A stretch of 60,919 nucleotides of DNA, from the NCBI GenBank assembly GCA_034430375.1, contig DAOUER010000038.1, forward strand, positions 1 to 60,919. The letters run 5' to 3'. Numbering within the stretch: the stretch's first letter is position 1; every line of letters begins with the position of its first letter. The position numbers were made by a program, and so were the translations under genes. The DNA is from Dehalococcoidales bacterium. GTDB taxonomy: Bacteria; Chloroflexota; Dehalococcoidia; Dehalococcoidales; RBG-16-60-22. Below the pieces are notes generated by a model, which was not told where the DNA came from, searched no databases, and worked only from the letters and a program-made list of their open reading frames with translations. Positions 10,220 to 19,953 of this stretch are shown in pieces.

Positions 10220-10358
10220 AAAAGCCTATCATTGATAACTCTTTGATAGGCTTTTTGTATTCATAATCCGGCAAGGTTTTCCAACCTTGCTTCCTGTGTA
10301 TAAATATTCATCCCCGCCCAATGGCATGTTCTGATTGCATAAATCGCTGGCAACCCGG
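10220..10358 (+). repeat. 139-bp direct repeat, copy 1, after pilin 1; includes a terminator hairpin
   Basis: Matches 11094-11232 with 4 mismatches; hairpins AAAAGCCTATCA...TGATAGGCTTTT and GCAAGGTT-TTCC-AACCTTGC. Confidence 0.97.
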
Positions 10359-10580
10359 GTGTAGCGAAGGCTCCAGGACAGTGCGGGGTAAATGGGTATT
10401 TACCCCTATGCCAATGAGGGGTAGTACTATGGTGATGGAGCACTCGATTATATAGACTAAAACGAGATTATGAGAAATAGTGCTTTTAAAATTATATAGA
10501 TAATTCAGGACTTTTTTCAGTACCAATATTCTAGGCTGAACATGTAAAACAGACGAGAAACAATATGGGAAAGGAGTATC

Positions 10581-11036
10581 GTGATGAATAAAATCCTTAA
10601 GGATTTCCGTTACGGAGAAAAGGGATTTACCCTCATCGAGCTGCTGGTGGTGATTGCCATAATCGGTGTCCTGGCGGCGGTGGCCGTGCCCAACATGGGG
10701 AAATTTATCGGCGAGGGTGAGGAAGAGGCTATGGAAACGGAACTGCATAACGTTAAGACGGCGGTGCTGGCGGCCATGACCGACTCCCACTCCAAAATAG
10801 TGGTCACAGTGCCCGATCAAACCCCACCCGCACATCGGAACTTCGGCAATACCCAACATGACGATGACCCTGATACCGGGACAGATTTAAGGGTCGCGAC
10901 TGTCTTCAGTGTAGAATATTGGATCGGCGATTACATCATCGGTGGCGCTAATGCCGTTTACGGCCATTACTGGATATACCGGGACGGTACCGTTGTAACA
11001 CGCTGGTATCCCGGAATCGGCATCGTTACCAGCTAG
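10581..11036 (+). CDS. Type IV pilin 2
   Basis: KG|FTLIELLVVIAIIGVLAAVAVP; N-terminal helix paralogous to pilin 1, globular part divergent. Confidence 0.93.
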   Translation: MMNKILKDFRYGEKGFTLIELLVVIAIIGVLAAVAVPNMGKFIGEGEEEAMETELHNVKTAVLAAMTDSHSKIVVTVPDQTPPAHRNFGNTQHDDDPDTGTDLRVATVFSVEYWIGDYIIGGANAVYGHYWIYRDGTVVTRWYPGIGIVTS

Positions 11037-11093
11037 ATTTAGATTAATATCAATGGTAAATAACTGAACAGTATCCACATCTGAATAAAGTAT

Positions 11094-11232
11094 AAAAGCC
11101 TATCATTGATAACTCTTTGATAGGCTTTTTGTATTCATAATATGGCAAGGTTTTCCAACCTTGCCTCCTGTGTATAAATATTCATCCCCGCCTAATGGCA
11201 TGTTCTGATTGCATAAATCGCTGGCAACCCGG
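11094..11232 (+). repeat. 139-bp direct repeat, copy 2, between pilin 2 and convergent pilT
   Basis: Near-identical to 10220-10358. Confidence 0.97.
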
Positions 11233-11311
11233 AAGACGCGTTGGGGTTATGCGTGAATCCGGTTAGTGGGGAAAAGGGCCTTGGGAATACGCCGAGTATA
11301 AACCTTATCTC

Positions 11312-12460
11312 TTACTGCGATTGCTGATCAGGGTTATACTCGTCTTCGGCGGTATAATAGGTAGTGGTCAGCGGCACGGGCTCTTCCTGGTGCCAGGCTT
11401 CTTTACCGCCGGTTAATCTGGCTATCTCATCCCGGTCGTTACAGAATTCATTAACGCTTTCCAGGGTAATAGTACCCTCATGATACAAATTGACCAGGGC
11501 CTGGTCCAGCAACTGCATGCCGGCGTTGGTATTAACGCGGATAGTATTGGGTAGCTGGAAGCTTTTACCTTCCCTGATAAGGTTCCTAACGGCGGCATTG
11601 GCCAGCATTATCTCGATAGCCGCTACCCTGCCCTCGCCACTGGTCTTGGGGACCAGGGCCTGGCAGAGTATACCCAAGAGTAATGAAGACAACCTGGCCT
11701 GGGCGAGATACCGTTCGTGGGGTGGAAAGATATTGATAATCCTCTCAACAGCCTGTGAGGCGCTGGGGGCGTGACCGGTGGTCAGGACAAGATGGCCGGT
11801 TTCAGCCACGGTAAGCGCGGCTGAGGCCGTCTCAAGGTCTCTCATCTCACCAACGAGGATAACATCGGGGTCCTGACGTAATACATGCCTTAACGCTTCC
11901 GAAAAGGACACGGTATCACTGCCGAGTTCACGCTGTGTGATGGTACAAAGCAAATTGTTATAGGTATATTCCACAGGATCTTCGATGGTGACTACGCGCT
12001 TGTGTTCCAGCTGGTTGAGGTAATCGATCATCGAAGCGAGAGTAGTGGATTTACCGCTGCCGGTTGGCCCACTGATAACGACCAGTCCGCGAGGACGGGT
12101 TATCATGTCCTTGCAGATTTCCGGCAACCCCAGTTCCTCCGGCGAAGGTATAGTCGAAGGCAGTAAACGAGCGACGATACTTATCGTGCCGCGTTGTTTG
12201 GCGACATTAAAACGAACCCTGCCGACGTCTGAAATACCAACGCCGAAATCGAGTTCGTATTTATTCTCGAACTCATCCCGGGATTTCTCCGTGGTAAATT
12301 CTTCGAAAGCCTTTTGCATTTCTTCTTCGTTAATGCTTGCTTCACCTTCGATAGGCGCCAGTTTTCCGTCGATACGTAACAAGGGTGGCATATTCACAAC
12401 CATATGCAAGTCGGATGCATTACGAGATTTACCAAGTTTTAGTAATGATCTGATATCCAT
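11312..12460 (-). CDS. pilT: Type IV pilus retraction ATPase
   Basis: ASDLHM, Walker A GPTGSGKST, RQDPDVILVGEMRD, AETGHLV, AVRNLIRE (AIRNLIRE motif). Confidence 0.93.
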   Translation of the reverse strand: MDIRSLLKLGKSRNASDLHMVVNMPPLLRIDGKLAPIEGEASINEEEMQKAFEEFTTEKSRDEFENKYELDFGVGISDVGRVRFNVAKQRGTISIVARLLPSTIPSPEELGLPEICKDMITRPRGLVVISGPTGSGKSTTLASMIDYLNQLEHKRVVTIEDPVEYTYNNLLCTITQRELGSDTVSFSEALRHVLRQDPDVILVGEMRDLETASAALTVAETGHLVLTTGHAPSASQAVERIINIFPPHERYLAQARLSSLLLGILCQALVPKTSGEGRVAAIEIMLANAAVRNLIREGKSFQLPNTIRVNTNAGMQLLDQALVNLYHEGTITLESVNEFCNDRDEIARLTGGKEAWHQEEPVPLTTTYYTAEDEYNPDQQSQ

Positions 12461-12464
12461 ATTC

Positions 12465-13925
12465 TTAACCTTCCAATATTAAAGTCAGGGCAAAATCTTT
12501 CATTATTTGGCCATCTTCATCTTCGACATCATTAATGTTAGTGATGGTAACTTCGCTAAATCTGTTGGTAGCCTCTATCTTTCGTGCATAATCCAGCACT
12601 TCTTCTTCACTCGGTGAAATACCATTAACCCGTAATGTGGCTCCACCGTAGCCAATATTATGGATTTCTATTCCGCTTACCGTGTTGTCTACAACTGATT
12701 TCATGTTATAGGTAACTGAGTCGGAAAGAATGCCAATATATTCATAAGTAAATGTCAGACTCTCGTTAACTAATGCATAGTTACTAATTTGCTGTTCCAG
12801 TACTTCTATTTCTCCTAACAAATCCTGTTTATCCTGTTGTTTCTTCTCAATAATGTAATTATTCCCCTCTAGCTGCTCGTTGGCCGAATCTATATTTGAC
12901 GCAGTATTCTGGATAATAAATATAAAAGCAGCTACAACTGCAACGGCCGCAACGACGGCCGGTATGGCCAGTAATCTGTCCCTGGAAATCGGCTTGGGTA
13001 ATAAATTGCCGGGTAATGTATTGATATTCGCAATCAGTGAACCGGACTCTCTGGGTAACTCCTTGAGGGCGAGCCCCACATTCACCAGGTAATGAGAAGG
13101 ATCAAGCTGTTTGGGGCATTTCAATGGTGATGTAAGTGGTGCTACCGGATAGCCTAATTCACCCGATAATGATTCTAATGACTCTGAATCATCGGCGAAT
13201 TCACCGGATATATAAACATTAGTTTCAGCGCTGAGTGTATTTTCCGGGTTATTAGAATTGAAAAACTGTACCGTACGTTTTAACTCATCTTTGACTATGG
13301 AAAGTTTTTCTTCATATGATAATGAATCACTGGGGAATGAAATAGTGCGCATAGGTTGGGGAAATCCATCGTATAAAATAACGATATCACATTCCGTTTC
13401 TTGTACATCGATGAATATTGCCGTTTTTTCCTTGATCAGTCTGGCTAAAGCAAGCGGTTTAATATCCATGAGATATGGCCTTAAACCGGCTTTCTCCAGG
13501 GCATTAAGTAAATTATCCGCGATCTGACGGGGCATAGCAACGATAAATGCCCGCATTCTGGTTTCATCACTGGATAAAATCTGCCAGGAGATGTGTAATT
13601 GTTCTGGAGGTACTGGTAAAAGTCTTTTTGCCTCCCGGGTCATGGCTTCTTCTTGCATGGTTTTGGGCAAGAGCGGTAAAATAACCGGACGTGATAAGCT
13701 ATGAAGACCGCTCATGCCAAAAATGAATCGAGTAGGGCTTATCTTATTGGCGGAAAACAGATGTTTTATCTTATTAACCAGCTCTTCTTGCTTGTCTTCA
13801 TCACTTACATTTTCCAGGTCTATATCCAGAGGTACTTCAGCCAATTTACTTATTCTTCGGCCACTGGTTACCATCAAGCGGATGCTTTTATCATTTATGT
13901 ATAATGTCGTTATTTTCTTAGCCAT
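12465..13925 (-). CDS. PilM-like actin-fold domain fused to a TM segment and PilN-like domain
   Basis: PilM-like LKPYLMDIKPLALAR-type segment, one TM helix near residue 320, coiled coil, then a PilN-like end (LRVNGIS...YARKIEATNRFSEVTIT). Lies between pilO-like and pilT. Confidence 0.75.
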   Translation of the reverse strand: MAKKITTLYINDKSIRLMVTSGRRISKLAEVPLDIDLENVSDEDKQEELVNKIKHLFSANKISPTRFIFGMSGLHSLSRPVILPLLPKTMQEEAMTREAKRLLPVPPEQLHISWQILSSDETRMRAFIVAMPRQIADNLLNALEKAGLRPYLMDIKPLALARLIKEKTAIFIDVQETECDIVILYDGFPQPMRTISFPSDSLSYEEKLSIVKDELKRTVQFFNSNNPENTLSAETNVYISGEFADDSESLESLSGELGYPVAPLTSPLKCPKQLDPSHYLVNVGLALKELPRESGSLIANINTLPGNLLPKPISRDRLLAIPAVVAAVAVVAAFIFIIQNTASNIDSANEQLEGNNYIIEKKQQDKQDLLGEIEVLEQQISNYALVNESLTFTYEYIGILSDSVTYNMKSVVDNTVSGIEIHNIGYGGATLRVNGISPSEEEVLDYARKIEATNRFSEVTITNINDVEDEDGQIMKDFALTLILEG

Positions 13926-13927
13926 GA

Positions 13928-14497
13928 TTATTCTCCCCCATATGAATAGACCACAAACTGGATGCTTGCCCTCGGATTCTCCTCCAACAGTATCTGAAGG
14001 TTGTTGATGTGACCGGTGGAAAAATCCTCGTTTAGGTTTTTAATGAAAGTGATAAAATCGGGAAGCTGTCCGCTAACGGTGATACTCAGGTTGATAGTCA
14101 GGCAACCAACATCGGCAAGGGCAACACTCTTAATGGATGTTGAGCTGATATTGGTAATTTCTACACCACTTTTCGATGCTATTGTGTAGCACTTTTCAGT
14201 AACATCACTGCTGAGAACAGATTCTGTAAGATTGGCTCTTATAGTTTCATATATGTAATAATTATTTGCTAACGATATTTCGAGATCGCTCTTGTCCTTT
14301 TCCAACTCGGCGATATTAAACTTGCCCAATCGCAACTCTGTAAAACCTAATTGCTCTTCGACTTCATTTTTCTCTTTCACCTGTTGTGAATACGTCACCC
14401 CCAATCCGGCTAGAATGACGATGAAAATACCCACGGACAAAATAATCCAGCTTGTTTTACTTAAGTTAATTTTTAATTTTTTCATATTACCCTTCAA
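13928..14497 (-). CDS. PilO-like alignment protein
   Basis: N-terminal TM, coiled coil, LSITVSGQLPDFITFIKNL; operon position. Confidence 0.65.
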   Translation of the reverse strand: MKGNMKKLKINLSKTSWIILSVGIFIVILAGLGVTYSQQVKEKNEVEEQLGFTELRLGKFNIAELEKDKSDLEISLANNYYIYETIRANLTESVLSSDVTEKCYTIASKSGVEITNISSTSIKSVALADVGCLTINLSITVSGQLPDFITFIKNLNEDFSTGHINNLQILLEENPRASIQFVVYSYGGE

Positions 14498-14507
14498 TCA
14501 TCAGGGA

Positions 14508-15716
14508 TTAAAACGCCTGACCGTAAATACTGTACATGGCTGACACCATTGATAGTGCAATCAGTCCGACTATTCCGGCAATAATAATAGTCATTACCGG
14601 TTGTATCAGAGCTATCAGTGCCCTTGTTTTATCTTCTGCCTCTGTTTCATAATTTTGGGCGATCGCCAATAATGAAGTATCAAGGTTACCAGTTTCTTCA
14701 CCAACCTTGACCATACGAACGATCAATGGCAGGAAGAATGGATTTTTCGACATTGGCAGTGAAAGCCCTTCTCCCTTGAGCATATCTTGATGAACATTAT
14801 TCAAGGCCTGGGCCATAACTTTACTATTGGTCCCCTGGGTAACTAGGGACATGATTTCAGTTAAAGGCAGACCGGCGGTAAATAATATTGATATACTCCG
14901 GCAGCAACGTGATAATTCATTGAGATGTTTTACACGTCCTAACAAAGGTATTTTCAGTAATAATTTGTCAAAATTATAGCTGCCCTCGGGCGTTTTAATA
15001 TAGATAACTATTCCGCCAATAACCGCAATTATGGTCATCATAATATACATTCCGTTGGCTTTCACCCACTCCGAAAAGTCCATCATTATCCGGGTTATGG
15101 CCGGTAATTCAACACCTAAAGATTTGTATAAATCGCTAAATGCCGGTAAAACAAAACCGACCAACACACCCACGACGATTACGGTAACCACAGCAGCAAT
15201 AACCGGATAAGTCAAAGCACCTTTAATGCTCTTAGTGGCCTGGATTTCTTTCTCCATGTAATCTGATACCTGTCTTAACATCGTCTCCAGGCCGCCGGTT
15301 TGTTCACCGATACTTAGAGTACGGCAGGCCAGCGGTGAAAATACTTCGGGATGTTTGCTCATGGCTACCGATAACTGGTTTCCGTTCCTCAGGTCCTTAA
15401 CAACTTCGAGCATGGCCTTTTTCATATTGGGATTGGCCATTTGTTCCTGTAGCAGTTCTAAGGAGGTAACGATATTCACACCTGACTCTAAGAGCAACGC
15501 CAGCTGACGGAACAACAGCACGATTTCCATTGGCTTGATCTTGAATAGAGATTGTTTTAGTCTTTCAATACTGAGAAAAGGAACATATGCCTTAAGGTTG
15601 ATTAACCGGTACCCGGCATAACTCATAATGTCATTGACAGCTTCCTCGCTGGCGGCGTTCAACCTGCCTTTAACAATGTCCCCCTGCTGATTACAGGCTA
15701 TGTAATTAAAAACCAT
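14508..15716 (-). CDS. pilC: Type IV pilus platform protein (GspF/PilC family)
   Basis: FRQLALLLESGV, GEQTGGLETML, ALTYP, GEETGNLD, LIQPVM. Confidence 0.93.
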   Translation of the reverse strand: MVFNYIACNQQGDIVKGRLNAASEEAVNDIMSYAGYRLINLKAYVPFLSIERLKQSLFKIKPMEIVLLFRQLALLLESGVNIVTSLELLQEQMANPNMKKAMLEVVKDLRNGNQLSVAMSKHPEVFSPLACRTLSIGEQTGGLETMLRQVSDYMEKEIQATKSIKGALTYPVIAAVVTVIVVGVLVGFVLPAFSDLYKSLGVELPAITRIMMDFSEWVKANGMYIMMTIIAVIGGIVIYIKTPEGSYNFDKLLLKIPLLGRVKHLNELSRCCRSISILFTAGLPLTEIMSLVTQGTNSKVMAQALNNVHQDMLKGEGLSLPMSKNPFFLPLIVRMVKVGEETGNLDTSLLAIAQNYETEAEDKTRALIALIQPVMTIIIAGIVGLIALSMVSAMYSIYGQAF

Positions 15717-15747
15717 ATTATCTTTCCATTTCTTCTATATATAATGG

Positions 15748-17265
15748 CTAATTTCCGGTATAGGCGTTCCGCAATACTTCAGAAGGTGTCGTCATGTTTT
15801 CTTTTACTTTAGTCATGCCATCCTTGGCGAGAGGCACCATGCCTTCCTCGATGGCTTGCTGTCGGATTTCAATGGCGGTGCCGCCTTTTAATACTAATGT
15901 TTTAATTTCCTCGCTGACTCTTAATATCTCAAATATCCCGGTTCTGCCGCGATAGCCGGTACTAGAGCAGTTTTTACAGCCGCTACCGTACATGAAGGTA
16001 TTCTTCTTTTCTCCTGATTCCTGCTGGTAAGCCAGCGCTTCGGCACTGGGTACTTCAGTAGGACTAGCACAGCTTGGACAAATCCTACGTACCATTCGTT
16101 GTGATATGACTCCGATTAATGCCGATGAAACCAGGAAAGGTTCTACTCCTAAATCGATCAGGCGTAAAACAACGCCGACCGTATCATTAGCGTGAATAGA
16201 CGATAAAACCAGATGACCGGTAAGTGCCGATTGTATGGCAATATTGGCGGTTTCGGCATCTCTTATCTCACCGATAAGGATAACGTCTGGGTCAAGTCTC
16301 AGGATAGACCTGAGGCCGCTGGCAAAGGTAAGACCCGCCCGGGGATTAACCTGAATCTGGTTAATGTTTTCAAAATGGTATTCCACCGGGTCTTCTACGG
16401 TAATAATGTTCCTTTCAATCCTATCCAGCGTATTAATGGCCGCATATAAACTGGTCGTCTTGCCGGCCCCGGTGGGCCCGCTCACCAGAATAATACCGTA
16501 GGATACTTTCAGCATTTCCTCGAATTGTTTCAGGCTCTCCGGTAAAAACCCCAGTTCGCCTAAAGATAGCGTTGCCCTTGACTTATCCAGTAACCTCAAA
16601 GTTGACATTTCTCCATGTATCGTGGCAATGGTTCCCACCCGAACATCTATAGATCTGCCTTTGGTCTTTACGGTAAACTGCCCGTCTTGAGGTCGCTGGT
16701 GGTCGGCTATGTTCATTTTTGCCAGAATTTTAATTCTTGATATCAATGAGGTAGCCGTGGTTAACGGAAGCGAAAACATATCATGCAGGGTTCCGTCAAT
16801 CCTGTAGCGGACCCGGAGTTTATCTTCTCCCGGCTGTAGATGGATATCTGAAGCCCTGGCCTTTACGGCTTCATCAACGATCATAGTTAATGCCTGGGCT
16901 ACCGGGGCTTCAATAGATGTATCAATACGTGATTTTTCAGCTTCTTTAAGATCGTCTATCGTCGAAATACTGGATATTTTCTGCTGGATTTCATCATAAG
17001 CTCTATAATTGAAATCGATAGCATCCTGAATCTCGTCCTGAGGGGCTTCCTCAGGCTCTATCCGCATCTGACTCCAGCTGGCTAATGCTTCCAGGGCAAA
17101 GATATCGGTAGGATTAGCCATAGCCACACGTAATATGTTGCCGCTCGTTGATATGGGGATTACCATATGCTTACGGGCCATGGCTTCGGGGATTAATTGG
17201 AGAGCTTCCGGTTCAGGTGCGCCTTGTCGCAGAGGATTTTGGGCCTCTTCAATCGATTTCGTCAT
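15748..17265 (-). CDS. pilB: Type IV pilus assembly ATPase (GspE/PilB)
   Basis: ASDIHLQP, GPTGAGKTTSL, LRLDPDVILIGEIRD, CPSC/CKNC zinc motif, GYRGRTGIFE. Confidence 0.93.
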   Translation of the reverse strand: MTKSIEEAQNPLRQGAPEPEALQLIPEAMARKHMVIPISTSGNILRVAMANPTDIFALEALASWSQMRIEPEEAPQDEIQDAIDFNYRAYDEIQQKISSISTIDDLKEAEKSRIDTSIEAPVAQALTMIVDEAVKARASDIHLQPGEDKLRVRYRIDGTLHDMFSLPLTTATSLISRIKILAKMNIADHQRPQDGQFTVKTKGRSIDVRVGTIATIHGEMSTLRLLDKSRATLSLGELGFLPESLKQFEEMLKVSYGIILVSGPTGAGKTTSLYAAINTLDRIERNIITVEDPVEYHFENINQIQVNPRAGLTFASGLRSILRLDPDVILIGEIRDAETANIAIQSALTGHLVLSSIHANDTVGVVLRLIDLGVEPFLVSSALIGVISQRMVRRICPSCASPTEVPSAEALAYQQESGEKKNTFMYGSGCKNCSSTGYRGRTGIFEILRVSEEIKTLVLKGGTAIEIRQQAIEEGMVPLAKDGMTKVKENMTTPSEVLRNAYTGN

Positions 17266-17488
17266 ATAATTCGAGCCTTAAACGTACATATATATATAGG
17301 TTTTACAGAACTTATCTTATATACCTTTTGTCCCCTTTACAATAGCTATTTAGTAATGGGATATTTAGTTAGTTTTCATAAATAGTCCATAAGTAATCCC
17401 TCTTTTTATTACTGCAATATTATGTTAAAATTAACTAATAGACATAAGAGTCTAATATAAACGGAGTTATTTACCGCAAGGAGATATC

Positions 17489-18388
17489 ATGAGAGATTCT
17501 ATATATAGCTTTTTAAATTTCCTGGTGGTTGAGAAGGGCTATTCTGAAAACACTATCAATGCTTATCGTAATGATCTTATGACTCTGGCTGATTTTGCGG
17601 AAAAAGAGGCTTCATCATCTTCCTGGACACAATTTAGCCGTCAAAACATGTTAAGCTATCTTCTCTACCTTAAGGAAAGGGGATATGTTCCCAGTACACT
17701 GGCCCGTAAAATTGCCGCCTCCAGGTCCTTTTTCAATTTCTTGGTATCGGAGGGAACTATAAAGTCGAATCCAACCGAGAATATGAATTCGCCGAGTGTC
17801 GGGAAAGCCTTACCCCGGCCAATTCCGATTAACCAGGTACGCCGGCTGCTGGAACAGCCTGCCAAAATCTCTACATCAGAGGCTAAAAGAGATAGAGCCA
17901 TGCTGGAGCTGCTTTATGCCAGCGGCATGAGAATCAGCGAACTGGTAGCTTTGAATCTGGGCGATGTTAATATAGAAGGCGATTATTTTGTGCGTTGTTT
18001 CGGCAAAGGCAGAAAAGAACGGATTATACCACTTTACCAACAGGTAATCATAACTATCAAGGAATACATTGAAAAGGAGCGCCCCAAGCTTTCGCACGGG
18101 AAAAAGGGAGATGCTCTCTTTCTCAACGCCCGGGGTGAACGCCTGACCCGTCAGGGCTTCTGGCAAAAACTCAAGGAATACGCTAAATCGGCAGGACTGG
18201 ACGATAAGATAAGTCCGCATACTTTAAGACATAGTTTTGCCACGCATATGTTAAGCGGCGGCGCCGACCTCCGATCGGTACAGGAATTACTGGGCCACGC
18301 CAATATATCTACCACCCAGGTTTATACCCACCTGACTACCGAACACGTCCGGCGAACTTACGACAAATCTCATCCCAGAGCTAAATAG
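17489..18388 (+). CDS. xerD: Site-specific tyrosine recombinase XerD
   Basis: RDRAMLELLYASGMRISEL, GKGRKER, SPHTLRHSFATHML, VQELLGHANISTTQVY. Confidence 0.9.
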   Translation: MRDSIYSFLNFLVVEKGYSENTINAYRNDLMTLADFAEKEASSSSWTQFSRQNMLSYLLYLKERGYVPSTLARKIAASRSFFNFLVSEGTIKSNPTENMNSPSVGKALPRPIPINQVRRLLEQPAKISTSEAKRDRAMLELLYASGMRISELVALNLGDVNIEGDYFVRCFGKGRKERIIPLYQQVIITIKEYIEKERPKLSHGKKGDALFLNARGERLTRQGFWQKLKEYAKSAGLDDKISPHTLRHSFATHMLSGGADLRSVQELLGHANISTTQVYTHLTTEHVRRTYDKSHPRAK

Positions 18389-18400
18389 AGGAGGTATCGG

Positions 18401-18682
18401 ATGCCAGCTAAACCACGAAATACCAGGGGCAAACAACCTCATCATAGCAGGAAGAGTAAAGCGAAAAGACGTCAGGGAGTTTTAACCGGAAAACCTGAAG
18501 CCTCCCCGATAGCGGTCCGCGAAGATGAGAGAGAACTACCTGTAGAACGTAAGCCGGCGGCTTTACCACCCAAAACTCAATCTTTGGTTTATCCCCATAT
18601 AACCGGAGAGCTCAAGAATATTGGTATTCTGGCAGCCGGTATATTCATCATTCTGATTATCCTGACAATCGTAATACCTTAA
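18401..18682 (+). CDS. Small basic protein with C-terminal membrane anchor
   Basis: GGAGG RBS; K/R-rich N-terminus; hydrophobic C-terminus (IGILAAGIFIILIILTIVIP). Confidence 0.65.
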   Translation: MPAKPRNTRGKQPHHSRKSKAKRRQGVLTGKPEASPIAVREDERELPVERKPAALPPKTQSLVYPHITGELKNIGILAAGIFIILIILTIVIP

Positions 18683-18701
18683 TGCGATACTGGCGGTCAC
18701 T

Positions 18702-19337
18702 ATGGAATTTACGGCGGCAAGAGCCGGTTTAATCAAGCATATTAGCTCTGAAATCAGTGACAAACGTGTACTCGATGCCATGTCTCGAATTCCCCGTGAG
18801 TTATTCGTATCCGAGGAAAAACGTTATCAGGCTTATGAAGATAAACCGTTACCGATCGGGCATCAGCAAACAATCTCGCAACCCTATATTATCGCCCTGA
18901 TGACGGAAGCCCTGGAGATGAACAATACCGACAAAGTCCTGGAGATAGGTACCGGCAGCGGCTACCAGACCGCCATACTGGCCGAATTGGCCAGAGAGGT
19001 CATATCTATCGAGCGCATACCATCACTGGCAGAATCTTCCCGTAGTCTGCTTGACAGTCTCGGTTACCGGAACATTAAAATATACCTGGCAGGAAAAACT
19101 TTAGGAAGACAACAAGATGCCCCTTATGATGCCATTATGGTCACGGCTGGTGCGCCGAAAATACCGGAGACTCTTGTTTCACAACTGGCTACCGGGGGCC
19201 GTATGGTAATACCTGTTGGCACCAGATACATGCAGGAATTGTGTAAAATAACCCGTCATCCGGATAAAAATATCGTACAGAATCTTGGTGGCTGCCGGTT
19301 TGTCTCGCTTATCGGCGAAGATGCTTGGGACAGATAG
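18702..19337 (+). CDS. pcm: Protein-L-isoaspartate O-methyltransferase
   Basis: PIGHQQTISQPYI, VLEIGTGSGYQTAILAEL, PYDAIMVTAGAP. Confidence 0.95.
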   Translation: MEFTAARAGLIKHISSEISDKRVLDAMSRIPRELFVSEEKRYQAYEDKPLPIGHQQTISQPYIIALMTEALEMNNTDKVLEIGTGSGYQTAILAELAREVISIERIPSLAESSRSLLDSLGYRNIKIYLAGKTLGRQQDAPYDAIMVTAGAPKIPETLVSQLATGGRMVIPVGTRYMQELCKITRHPDKNIVQNLGGCRFVSLIGEDAWDR

Positions 19338-19355
19338 AAAGAAAGGTGGACTAAT

Positions 19356-19931
19356 ATGGATATCTTGGAACTTATTAAAACCAGAAGGAGCATCAGAAAA
19401 TATAAACCGGACCCGGTAGATGAAAAAGACCTGGAGACAGTTCTCGAGGCGGCGCACTGGGCGCCGTCCTGGGCGAATACCCAGTGCTGGCGCTATATTG
19501 TCGTACGCGATGCCGATATAAAAGAGCAGATTGCCGGTACACTGCAAAAAGTGCCTTTCGACGATGACTGGCTGGAAAATCCGGCTACCAGGGCGATTTT
19601 TCAGGCTCCGTTATTGATTATAGCCTGTGCTAAAAAAGGTATCGCCGGTTTCAAACCCGATGGTTCACCGGCAACCGAAAGAGATGACTGGCTGCTTTTC
19701 GATGTCGCTCTATCCGTTCAAAACCTGACCCTGGCTGCCACGGTATTAGGTTTAGGCACTGTAATTATCGGCGCCTTTGATTCCCGTAAAGTTACTAAAA
19801 TCCTGGATGTACCGGAAGGTTATACCGTCGTTACCATGACCCCCCTGGGACATCCGGACCATACCGGACAGCCGCCCCCGCGGAAAAGCCTTGATGAGAT
19901 AGTCTACAGAGACAAATACGGAAACCGCTGA
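19356..19931 (+). CDS. Nitroreductase family protein 1
   Basis: RRSIRKY, APSWANTQCW, LGLGTVII. Confidence 0.9.
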   Translation: MDILELIKTRRSIRKYKPDPVDEKDLETVLEAAHWAPSWANTQCWRYIVVRDADIKEQIAGTLQKVPFDDDWLENPATRAIFQAPLLIIACAKKGIAGFKPDGSPATERDDWLLFDVALSVQNLTLAATVLGLGTVIIGAFDSRKVTKILDVPEGYTVVTMTPLGHPDHTGQPPPRKSLDEIVYRDKYGNR

Positions 19932-19953
19932 AAATATAATCGCGGAGTCTATT

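Noticed and set aside
10581-11036. Pilin 2 as an electrically conductive pilin (13 F/W/Y in 136 mature residues)
   Set aside because: The aromatics cluster at the C-terminus, with a gap of about 45 residues after F27. This fails the usual spacing criterion.
17489-18388. xerD as a pilin shufflon invertase because it neighbours pilB
   Set aside because: The pilin repeats are direct, 139 bp long and lack Xer-type sites. The protein looks like housekeeping XerD.
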